Assembly (NCBI RefSeq): GCF_027921745.1
Contig: NC_079238.1
Span: forward strand, 558,001 to 622,000
Length of the DNA stretch: 64,000 bases
Reading direction: 5' to 3'
Origin: Schizosaccharomyces osmophilus
Taxonomy: Eukaryota
Positions 1 through 11,709 of the stretch are shown in pieces (within the stretch, counting starts at the first letter, position 1; each line of letters begins with the position of its first letter). The position numbers and the translations under genes are program-made. A model generated the notes under the pieces. That model did not search any database and was not told where the DNA came from. It saw nothing but the letters and a program-made list of their open reading frames with translations.

Positions 1-318
1 TTTTACAATGCTCCCTTAATCCAATGTTATTGGGGTGTTTTGGTAAAAATTTAAGCTTGATAAGTCTCGTACTTCTTTTTCCGAAGATCTCATCTCAGGT
101 CGAAAGGCATTCCCATACGACTACTTATATCTCTATATTAGACATTGCCATTTGAAACCCGCCCAACTTGCTTGCATACAAAACAAAGTATAATTTTTAT
201 TAAACTGTTGTTGACGCTACATCAGAAACACGTTATTGAAATTGCCAAATTTAGGTATTGTTTTATTGATAAGTAGAAACTTTTGGTATTGTAAAACATA
301 CTTTGAGCTCGATTGAAT

Positions 319-1488
319 ATGGTTACTTCTATAAAATCCCGTGTTCTTCCCTCTGTTATCAAAAGAGCCAGCTCTTCTTCAACTGCTTTAAAGCATACTC
401 CTTTGTACGATCTTCATGTCAATGCAGGTGCTACCATCGTACCGTTCGCTGGATTCAGCATGCCTTTACAATATAAGGACCAAACAATCAGCACAAGCCA
501 CAGATGGACCCGTGAGCATTCTGGCTTGTTTGATGTAAGCCATATGGTTCAGTGGTTTATTCGTGGTGAGAATGCCTCTGCGTATCTAGAAAGTATTACA
601 CCATCATCTTTAAAAGAACTTGCTCCATTCCATTCTACTTTGAGCGCTTTTACCAACGAACAAGGCGGCATCATTGATGATACAATTATCGCTAAGCATG
701 ATGACAATACATACTATATTGTCACTAACGCTGCATGCAGCGAAAAAGATGAAGCTAATTTAAAAAAGCATCTTGAGAACTGGAACGGTGTCGAACTTGA
801 ACGTGTACAAGATCGTGCACTAATTGCGATCCAAGGCCCCGAAACCGCAACTGTTATTCAAAGCCTTGCATCCTCTTATGATTTTTCAGCGCTTAAATTT
901 GGCCAATCCGCTTATGTTGATATCAAGGGTATCCAGTGTCTGGTCTCTCGTGGTGGTTATACTGGTGAAGATGGATTTGAAATTTCTGTCCCCGCCGATG
1001 CCTCTCTAGATTTAGCTCAAAGCATTTTAGCTAACAAAAATGTACGCCCGATTGGTCTAGGAGCTCGCGATACTTTGCGCCTGGAAGCAGGTATGTGCTT
1101 ATACGGCAGCGACATTGATGACACTACATCTCCTGTTGAGGGCTCCTTATCTTGGATTATTGGAAAACGTAGAAGGGAAGAAAAAAACTTTGTCGGCAGC
1201 AGCCGTATCTTAAAAGAAATCAAAGAAGGTGCTTCTCGCCGCCGTGTGGGTTTCATGATCGAAAATGCTCCTGCCCGCCATGGTAGCATCGTTGAAATTG
1301 ACGGTGTTCAAGTTGGCAACATTACCTCTGGATGTCCTTCCCCTACCCTTGGCAAAAACATTGGTATGGGTTACATTACTACTGGGTTCCATAAGACTGG
1401 TACCTCGGTACATGTAAAGGTTCGTAATAAGCTTCAACCCGCTACGGTAGTTCGTATGCCTTTCGTTCCCTCCAAATATCACAGGTAG
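319..1488 (+). CDS. gcv1: Glycine cleavage system T protein (aminomethyltransferase), mitochondrial
   Basis: Intronless ORF, first ATG at 319. Motifs LFDVSHM, GYTGEDGFEI, GLGARDTLRLEAG and SPTLGKNIG; basic, Ser-rich presequence. Confidence 0.97.
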   Translation: MVTSIKSRVLPSVIKRASSSSTALKHTPLYDLHVNAGATIVPFAGFSMPLQYKDQTISTSHRWTREHSGLFDVSHMVQWFIRGENASAYLESITPSSLKELAPFHSTLSAFTNEQGGIIDDTIIAKHDDNTYYIVTNAACSEKDEANLKKHLENWNGVELERVQDRALIAIQGPETATVIQSLASSYDFSALKFGQSAYVDIKGIQCLVSRGGYTGEDGFEISVPADASLDLAQSILANKNVRPIGLGARDTLRLEAGMCLYGSDIDDTTSPVEGSLSWIIGKRRREEKNFVGSSRILKEIKEGASRRRVGFMIENAPARHGSIVEIDGVQVGNITSGCPSPTLGKNIGMGYITTGFHKTGTSVHVKVRNKLQPATVVRMPFVPSKYHR

Positions 1489-1835
1489 TAACTTGTCCTT
1501 GGTCTCCATTCATTTCTTTTACCTAACGCACTCCCCATTTCCCTTCCACTTCTAATTTTTTGCTAATCCGTTTCCTATTCATTTTGATTGAAATTGAGTT
1601 TTAATCCTGTTTTTCTTTTATTCGCTTCAGCTTGTTATTTCCTGATCAGTTTGTTGACTGTTTCCCTCTTATGGATTAGTTTTACAACGTTATGAATAGT
1701 CTGCTTTTTTTTTCTAATTACAATAAGAATGGATGGTAATGATTTATAAATATATGAACTTTCTATAAAACGCTACCTTGGATTAAATTTGACTTTGTTT
1801 TCGGCGCTTCGTGAAACAGCTAACAAGACGTTACC

Positions 1836-1843
1836 TGACGTAA
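1836..1843 (+). promoter_or_regulatory. CRE-like site TGACGTAA (Atf1/Pcr1 type) upstream of psd3
   Basis: Exact TGACGT core about 200 nt upstream of the psd3 ATG. Function is inferred only. Confidence 0.35.
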
Positions 1844-2031
1844 TTCAACTTCCAACTGAATAGGAAAAACGTAAACTTGTTTTTCGCATCATTTAGGAAG
1901 CGTCTTTTCGAATATCTTGCTTTTTATTAATATAAATGGTTCGTTTTTTTACCCTAATATCCAATATTTTTACTCTATAACGTTCACTGTCAATTCTCTT
2001 TTATTCCTCTTTTGAAGGAGGTTGTACAGAA

Positions 2032-5000
2032 ATGGCTTTTACGAAGAAGGAGAGAAGCTATAACTCGCTTCAAAAAGGAATTAGAAACGGATCAATAATT
2101 CTTAAAATAGAGGTAGAAGGTGTAAGTCGCTCTCTGGTTGCTTGAAAACAGAAATCAATTAACCTGAAAAGGTTACGGACATAGATGAAAATGCGCTTCC
2201 AGATACTACATCTGACAACGAGTCTTGCTTAGTAAGTGGAACTAATACAATACCGCTAATGCTTTTTATCATTCAAAGGCTAACTTTTATGGTTTAAGTA
2301 CATAAAACTAAAATATAAAAAATACCGAGCCGTAATCGAAAATGTTCATACGAATAAAATTGTCAATGATAATTCTCTAATGACTCTAAGTATGCCCCTT
2401 CCCGTGGACTATCAGGACCTAGAATTCCATTTGTGTTTCAGTTGCAAACAAAAACGAAGAAAGTACACCCTCGGAGAATCACTTATAAGATTGGATCATC
2501 TACTAAAGATGGTTTCACAAGAGGTATATGATACTAGAAAGGAATGTGCTAATACAGGTATCAGAGTCAGCAATGCCCTATATATCCCCCTCTGAAGAGC
2601 AGTTCTTCGAAATCTAATGAGAGCTTGCAGGTGAAACCATTAGGAACATTTCGATTAAAATATAGCGTTCATGACCCTAGGAATCCTAAAGCAGATTCTG
2701 CTAGTCTAGCTAAAACTTGGGTTGAAGATGTAGAAAAGCAATTCTCTTCCGAAAATGTGGATAATCAGGCCAATGGCATTTCGAATTCATTAAAAGGAAT
2801 TGAGTTGGATAACATTGAATCTGATTTGGAAGATTCTAGTTTTTTGGCCGAGGCTGAATCCAATTTACCAGAAAGCGATTCCTTTTACCCCGTGGATGAT
2901 CCGGGTATCGAGGAGACGTATGAAATCAAACCCAAAGTAAAGAAGCAGTTGAAACAGCCTTTTAGCATTACCAAAAATCAAGTTACCGACCTATTGGGGT
3001 TTGCCTTTGTGGAAATTGATTCTATTTCTAATTTACCACCGTTGAAAAATGGTATGACTAAACATATAAATGCTTCTAACTATTGTAATAGTCTTTCACA
3101 CCGGATTTGACATGGATCCATTTGTGATTATGTCGTTTTCGAAAAACACTTTCCGTACAAAAAGGGTTAGGCATAACTTGAATCCCGTTTATAAACAAAA
3201 GTTCTTATTCGAAGTGGGTACCTTGGAGAAAAATTATGATATTATTTTTAAAGTCATTGATCATGACAAAATATCCTTGAATGATTCAGTGGGAGTCTGC
3301 TCTGCTGATATACAGAGCATTATTAACGCGGCTGCACAGCCTGATCCTATCACTGGGCTTTATAAACTTGATGATGGACAAAAAGCTTACGAAGAAAGCG
3401 AGATTCCCAAAAAAGCGGATACACAGCCTATTGAAATACTTATAGACGATTTCTCGTCTGCTGTCGAAAATAATTTGGAGACAGATGTGGTCACGAAAAG
3501 TATACCTCTTAAACTATTCTGTAAGGATCTTCGACCGGAATCTGAACAAGCGGCACTTACGTTCCGTGCTATCTTTTTCCCTTTTGCTGCAGTTCGCCAG
3601 AAATTTTGGAGAGTCATGCTATCTCAATACGGCGAGGTTGAGAATGGTCAAGTATCAAAGTTAGGCATGTATGCTGTATTGGATTCTTTGGGATCAAACA
3701 TACCCGCAGCCATCATTGATTCTTTGTTCGAGGATATTTTAAGCAAAAATGTAAATAAGGATGAGGAAGCAATTAGTCTCGATGAAGCAGTTATCTGTCT
3801 TGAGAAACTTACTTACCTCATCTGCAATCGAGAATCGAATCCTCCGTTGCATCAGTCAGGTTCCTCGCGGTTTGACAGCAGCGGTCAATCAACACCAATT
3901 CAAAGTTCTGAGATATCCGAAGACTCAGACGCAGTAGATACGAATGGCAACCGGTTAGTTTTGGTTTGCTTGCATAAGTGCCCTTTGTGTATGAAATGCG
4001 AGTTAGACAAGATGGACCAATATCGAGCTACTGTTCACCTTGCGACTTGTGCCAGTCATGACTGGAAACGTGTGAATAGGTTAATGATGTCCAATTATCT
4101 CACCTTAAACCAAGCTCAAAGAAAGTGGTTTACCAAGGTATTTATTTTCTGTTTATGAAAATTCTAACCAATATATTACAGGTTTTTACCAAAGTAGCGT
4201 ATGGATCGCATAAGCTAGGATCAACTTCAGCAAAAACTTTGGTGCGAAACCGTAAGACAGGGCAGATTGTAGAAGAGAAGATGAACGCATATGTTCGGGT
4301 TGGTATACGTTTGTTATATCGGGGTATACGAAACCGGCGAATGGAAGGAACAAGAGGTATAATAGCTTTCTTCTATTCATGCTAATTTTACTTTTAGTTC
4401 GAAAGCTACTGCGATCACTGACGCTCAGACAGGGGATAAAGTATGATTCTCCATTATCAACAAAAGATATTGTACCCTTTATTAAATTTTTTGACTTGAA
4501 TACTGATGAAGTGGAAAAACCGATCAATGAATATAATACTTTTAATGAGTTCTTTTATCGCCGATTAAAGCCTGGTGTAAGACCTCTAGCTTCACCAGAT
4601 AATTCAGGCATTCTTGTCTCAGCAGCTGACAGTCGATTGGTTGTCTATGATAAAATTAATATTGCTACAACTTATTGGATCAAAGGGTCGGAATTTTCTA
4701 TAGCTCGACTCCTTGGGCCAGAGTATGAAAAAGAGGCATCGCAATACGCGGACGGATCGATTTGTATATTTCGCTTGGCTCCTCAAGATTACCATAGATT
4801 TCATTCTCCGTTAGATGGGAAGGTTGGAAAACTTAGTGTCATTGACGGCCAGTACTATACTGTTAACCCCATGGCTGTCAGATCGTCCTTGGATGTTTTT
4901 GGTGAAAATGCCAGAACTGTAATGCCTATAGAATCTCCTCAATTTGGTCGTGTTATGTATGTTTGTATAGGCGCTATGATGGTTGGTAGCATACAACATA

Positions 5001-5212
5001 CAACTGACGAGGGCCAAGAGGTGAAACGTGGGGACGAACTGGGTTATTTTAAATATGGTGGCAGTACGATCGTTGTGTTTTTTAAGGGAAATCAGGTTTT
5101 ATATGATGACGATATTTTGCAAAGTTCGAAAGAAACGACCGAAACGTTGATCAGGATGGGAGAAAACATCGGAAGAGCCTCTGGAGAGCCATTAGATAAA
5201 AAAGAAGATTGA
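2032..5212 (+). CDS. psd3: Phosphatidylserine decarboxylase proenzyme, type II (C2-domain, Psd2-like), 7 exons, about 965 aa
   Basis: Exons 2032-2121, 2172-2231, 2299-2523, 2565-3051, 3092-4137, 4182-4356 and 4398-5212 join in frame (2898 nt) across GT..YTRAY..AG introns. C2 motif FDMDPFV...LNPVY; FNEFFYRRLKPG; RLAPQDYHRFHSP; autocleavage motif GGST. Confidence 0.93.
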
Positions 5213-5742
5213 AGTGTGGTTCTAGTTGTTTTGGCTTTATAGCCAACCAAATCTTGAAGGAGTCCGAATTCACAATACCAATTCAACAACCTGAGTTTGT
5301 TTTTGCTTTATTTATGTTATCATTGAGGTACTTAATTGGGGAATATTTTGAAGGATACAACCAATACGTAATGACTTGTGAATGTAGTATTTTTGAATTT
5401 GAACACTGCACTACTGGAATATCTAAAAAGAAAAATAATAAATAATGAACCTACATATATATGTTTATACTTATCTTTTAGATATCGTTTCATTCCATTC
5501 CATTCAACTTACTGCTCTGAATTACTCGAAATATAAGCTAACCATACTTGAATGTTATTAATCATATTAGCATCTCTGATAACTAAGCATACTCGAAAAC
5601 TAATCACTCATTAAAATCTAAAAAAAATATATGCCATTATTATAGTTGGAAAATTCTCAGTGAATGCTTTCGAAAAAGTAACTCAAGAAACAATGAAACC
5701 CAGAGGTGGATTAATTCGTATATACTGTGCTTTTGTGCATGT

Positions 5743-6612
<870 letters not shown>

Positions 6613-7193
6613 CTAGTTATCGAAAGGAAACGTAGTACTGTGAAGGGTTTAGTGACGAAAGCAATCATCTCTATTTAATAAACAAATCATTTCAACTCAA
6701 ATGAAAGAGACAGCATATAAAATCAATTAGGTTGTCAATTGAAGAAGCGCAAGTTTCAAGGCGAAAGCAAGGATACAATTCATAAAAGGAGGAACAGTAA
6801 AAAACAAACATACGCAGTGAGGTGTCCTATGGAAATTATGCTCTACTACGAATACTACTCATTACAAAAACATACATTTCATGCTTCATTTCAACTCTTC
6901 TATTCGGATAGGCAAAGTCAGGGTAACAAAATTTCCCTTTCACTTCTACACTATGAATGAACAAAAATTACAATCCTCTAATATCCATCATGCCTCCCCT
7001 AGAATAACCGCTAGTATAGATTCGATTCAGGAAAAAGCTTATTCTGTCCATGCACAGACGAGAATAGCCCCAAGTACTCATTCTATCCACATTCATTACA
7101 AGAGAGATATAGTAATTTACAGAATACTTTTCACGGTTTATCAAACGATACGAGGGATTAAAAAATTAAAAATGAACCAACGTCCTATTCAGT

Positions 7194-7893
7194 TTATTGA
7201 GGACGACCGAATCCACCCCGGAAAGAGGGAGCAAATCCACCAGGAGCGGCAGCATCGTCCTTCTTCTCAGCACGGCGGTAACCAGCATCAGCAGCAGCAC
7301 GTTCACGAGGCTCAGGGCGGGTAGCACGGGGAGCAGCAGGGCGGGCTTGACGCTTGTGGGTAGCAGGGACAACCTCAGCAGGAAGATGCAAGTACTCACG
7401 CAAGTATTCAACACCCTCGTTGTTCAAAGTGTAATAAAAGTAACCCCAGTTGTAACGGGTCTTAAGGTAACCACGAGAGTCTAAGGATTGGCAAGCCTTG
7501 ATAACCTGCAAATTGGGGACACCAACTTCAGGGTGCTTGGGAAGGTTGAAGTCTAACAATAATCAATTAGTAACTAGATCAGACTGACGAGCTTTGTAAA
7601 GAACACTCTAAAGACTTTTGGTTTTTTTGCTCCACGAAACAAAACAATACTCGTTTCAGTACAAGAAACCAACACAAGTAAAGAAGACTTCTTTTCTAGT
7701 CATTGAATTGAATCTTGACTTTCTAGCTGGGTATTTCATACAAAGCACGATAAGATGAAAACGAGATTGCGTAAAACATAAAGACCAGTGCCCATTTTAA
7801 GCATTCAATTTACATACCCTTCTTGGCAACCAAGACACCTTGTTGGAAAAGAGTTTGATGAATAGCCTTGCGGTTCTCCTTAGGGATAAGCAT
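7194..7893 (-). CDS. rps1001: 40S ribosomal protein S10 (eS10), 144 aa
   Basis: Exon 7893-7818 ([25 protein letters not shown]), a 265-nt intron 7817-7553, then exon 7552-7194 (DFNLPKHPE...[16 protein letters not shown]). Strong codon bias. Confidence 0.97.
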
Positions 7894-7966
7894 CTTCAGT
7901 TCAAGGTAAAGCCGAAATTACCAATGTTGTCAGAATCTCATTCAAGCAGTTTGGACGTTGTAAAGC

Positions 7967-7991
7967 CAGTCACAAATCATTAGGGTAGGGT
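7967..7991. promoter_or_regulatory. HomolD box (CAGTCACA, 7967-7974) plus HomolE box (AGGGTAGGGT, 7982-7991): ribosomal-protein promoter
   Basis: Exact matches to both fission yeast RP-gene elements, 74-98 nt upstream of the rps10 ATG. Confidence 0.92.
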
Positions 7992-8403
7992 TTGTACTTG
8001 TAACAGTTTCGAGCCCTAAATAAGAAGGAAGGGAATCCATTAAAGAGGATGCAGTGGAATTCGATAATATGTCTTACCGCATCTAAAGTGTTTTCGGTAA
8101 ACAACAAATGCCGCTGATTTACATTTTCAGATCATTAGGAAAAGAAAATGCTCGAAAATTTAGAAAAGACGTTAAAGCTTCAGACAACACAAGTATTGCT
8201 TTAATATACGACAATGGTTGGAATCGATTTAAACAAACATGCGCATCTAATCCCAATTCCATACCCCAAGGAAAGGTGGACTCAGGCTTACCTTTGGAAG
8301 CTATCTTTCAAATGCAATTCAAGAACTTCTCATTCATTTGCATCTACTCTTGTAGTTTGACCAGCAATTCCCAATTCATAACTCGTAAACATTATTAACC
8401 TAG

Positions 8404-9198
8404 TTATACAAATTCATCATCCCAACCGTCTAGCGCTTTGAATTGTTCATCTTCATCGTCGTCTTCCGAAGCAGCTGCCTCCATGCGTTGAAGCCATGAA
8501 TCATGGGATTGTACGCCTTCTTTGCCTTCTTTCAAAGACTCTTTTCCTTTGTTGGAAGAAGATGGCTCGTTCTCATTCAAAGAACTTTGATCTGAAGAGG
8601 AAAATGAAACAGCCGAGGAAGAGCCACGACGATGGGCCAAAGAAGATTGGAAAGCGTTGCGTGTCTCAGATACAGAATTGTCTATGTCTTCCAAGAATTC
8701 ATGGTCATCGAACCGAGGGACATTTTGCTCCGTAGAAAGAAGTTTTTTTAACTTTTGTTTTTTCTCTTCCTTTTTAGCTCGACTTTCCGAGGGTTTCTTG
8801 GCTAAATATTCAGACAATTCCTTCGCTTCACGAACGGTTCCAAGACGATTGCCATCTAAATCTCTACAAGAATCTTGATTTTCTTGCTCATTTCGCTTTT
8901 TCGACATCCGACCACCGGCAGCTCGTAGTTGGCTACCAAATCCACCTTTACCTCCTAAAACTCGTCCGCAAAGCCAAAGATTTACGTCTTTGTTCAAAAC
9001 ATTGGCTTCCAAACTACATATTGATGTAGACGGACAAACAATTCGGCTTTCGTGTGTCAAGTAAAAAGAATTCAGCAGACGATCAGCTTGTTTGCCAAAA
9101 GCCTGAACCAATGCCTCTTTTAAGGTCGAAGAAGCATTCGAATGGACTTGAACAACCTTTTTGGACGGAAATCCATTGAAAAATACTGTTTTTTCCAT
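8404..9198 (-). CDS. sde2: Sde2, ubiquitin-fold-activated intron-specific splicing factor
   Basis: ATG at 9198. UBL-like N-terminus ending RVLGG|KGGFGSQLRAAGG; SCRDLDGNRL motif; acidic C-terminal tail. Confidence 0.95.
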   Translation of the reverse strand: MEKTVFFNGFPSKKVVQVHSNASSTLKEALVQAFGKQADRLLNSFYLTHESRIVCPSTSICSLEANVLNKDVNLWLCGRVLGGKGGFGSQLRAAGGRMSKKRNEQENQDSCRDLDGNRLGTVREAKELSEYLAKKPSESRAKKEEKKQKLKKLLSTEQNVPRFDDHEFLEDIDNSVSETRNAFQSSLAHRRGSSSAVSFSSSDQSSLNENEPSSSNKGKESLKEGKEGVQSHDSWLQRMEAAASEDDDEDEQFKALDGWDDEFV

Positions 9199-10612
9199 GT
9201 TTGCAGAATTAACCAAGGTAGATGAATTGGGTAAAGAAGGCGAGTATCGCAAGACACAAGTACTGGCAGTGGCTAAAGAAAAACGCAAGGTTACGCTCTA
9301 TAGAAAGAATTAATTAAGTTAAAAGTCCTTTTTTTTTCTTTTTTTTTTAATTTAGAAACAATAAACACGGCCCCCAAATTATATTCCTGCTGATGTATCG
9401 TCAATGATAAACTGCTTCATTGGAATGTTTCTGGGATCCTCTAGATCCTCAACAAGAATGCATAGAAAGGAAATGTAATTTTAGAAAAGAGTAGTTGGTT
9501 CAGCGATTTGAACTAGTCCTACCAGTTTTATAATGGACTTTTCTTCCATCGACCAAGGAGGCAATGGAGATCAAATCGGCTTTCCTCTGAAGGTAGAGCT
9601 AAAGGATCCCTTTTCCTTTGGTTCCGTCCACCTTGCTGGCTGAAATAGTAAACGAAATCTCTGCACATCATCATGTCATGACATTCGTTCTTGGAACAGC
9701 ATTTAAGCCAGATCAATTATTTAAAAAATTTATTTATTTAGTCCTTTCCATTTCAATGATTTTTATTCAGTTTAACCAGTAGAAAAAAAATGAAAAAACG
9801 AGAAGCTTTGTAAAATCAACTTTGTGAAGAACTGCAGCTGGAAAATGTGAGCCATAAGCAAAGTTGGCCCTAATTTTTCTTTTTTTTTAAAGACTTTCTT
9901 ATTCTTTTTCAAGTACGTCAATCGGTTTCATTTAAGAATCATCTCCAGCAGGGACTGAAACTTCAATAGAATTCACATCACAAATACTGGTGATCCAGAC
10001 TTTAGGATGGCAGCATTGAAAAATCTCCACAACCAATTCCATTGTTTATTAATGAAATGGTCGTTTCTCTTGCAATTCTCCCTTCTACCCACCATTGAAC
10101 TTTGAGGCATCCGTGCAGCATTTTTCCTCTTACATTAAACGAGACCACTAACAACCACCATCTATTTCAATTTAATAAGAAAAAAAAGAAAAGAAAAGAT
10201 GTTAAAGCATTCAATCGACTTTGTATCACCTGGCCTTCTTCATTTTTGAAGGACTATACCAATGCAAAACTCACCACCAAAATTGAGTGTGTATGAATTT
10301 AAAAAACATTAGTTTCTATAGTCCGTAGAAACCAAATTACGTTTAAAAAGCCGACATGCATTTTTGGTACATTATGAATCCATGCTTATTCACTTCTTAC
10401 TGCAAACTGTTCTCTTACTAGAATTTTCTTTTTCTTTACCTTGTGGTTTGGTGGCTTTCATGCTCCCATTTTGAGCTTTGTGAGTGCAGACTCGCCAGGG
10501 CTGGTGGTGGTGGCAGTACATAGGGCTTCTTTGTCCTGGCAGCTCTACACCACTCTTTGTCATCTCATTGAAACTCCAACCATTCAAAACGATCAAAAGA
10601 ACCGTCTTTTTG

Positions 10613-10763
10613 GTACGTTTGCTTGACTCTTTCCAGCCGTAGTGGGCTTTTCAAAAAGGTATAGCTACTTTTTAGACTTAATCCTCGCGACCGTAGTAAG
10701 ATTGCATTTATTATTATATTTTTTTTTTTTCAAGAGAAACGTTCCACTCCTAACGATCTATAG
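10613..10763 (+). other. Predicted spliceosomal intron 1 in the abo1 5' leader
   Basis: GTACGT donor at 10613, CTAAC branch at 10750-10754, TAG acceptor ending at 10763. Confidence 0.6.
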
Positions 10764-10851
10764 AAGGTTGGATATTATCAAGAGAAAATTTCTTATTTGT
10801 ATTTGTCGGTTTTTGTTCGCCCAAAGAAGGAAAAAAAAAGCTTTGGGTTCG

Positions 10852-11242
10852 GTGAGTTAATTTCCATCCAATACTCCTTATTTCCATCATTCTCTTATTC
10901 TTAAAGACAGTGGATTTTCATTTGTGTATATTTCGTTGAAATTGAAGCAGCTTTTGTTTCATTCCTCGCAAGGGATCAGTTACATATCCATTGCACCCAT
11001 ACTTTGCTTTCCATTCTTTCCAGACAAAAATCTGGATTGTAATATTTTAAACCAAGTAACCAGGAAAACAACTGGACAAGCTATTTCTCATTCCTTTCTA
11101 TAATTTTTTTTTTCTTCACCGATAGAACACCTTGTCAATTCTCCTTCTAGAAGGCTGGTTATATCTTAATAAGTGTGAATAAGGAAAAGTTTTTTTTTTT
11201 TTTTTTTTTTCTGCTTAACGTTTGCTTTTCCTCCCTTGACAG
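10852..11242 (+). other. Predicted spliceosomal intron 2 in the abo1 5' leader
   Basis: GTGAGT donor at 10852, T21 tract at 11190-11210, CTTAAC branch at 11214-11219, pyrimidine tract, CAG acceptor ending at 11242. Confidence 0.6.
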
Positions 11243-11709
11243 GCATTTCAGTCTCTGAAAAGTTGATTTAACATTGAGTTTTTTATTTGGCAAGATCCAA
11301 ACGAAAAATATAAAGGGAGCTATTGCCAAAGAGTTGATCTCTCCGTTAAGAGATTAATCTCATCGTAATACTTTATTCTTAAAACATATTCTACTCTTTG
11401 CCCAATACGTCGTTCCCCAATTCTTTTGGTGCTTCTTTCAGAAGCTATTCCAACACAGTGGTGGATTTTTCGAATCCTATTATTTGGCGAAATAGGCCTA
11501 TTGTTTTAAAACTAATTGATACCGGGGCAAAGAATCACTGGCTAGACAGTATACCGAACGGAGAGGAATTTACACCAACTGATTTTGTTCCTTCCCAAAA
11601 AGCTGTTGATACCATTACTACCGCTCGTCATTCCTTTTCTTATCCTCTTCCAAACCTAGCATCTATTCCAGTCGCAGATTTATTGCATCCTACTGATGAG
11701 CATGAAATC

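Noticed and set aside
7553..7817. Long rps10 intron as a possible snoRNA host
   Set aside because: No RUGAUGA C box on the sense strand and no convincing H/ACA fold; long introns are normal in RP genes.
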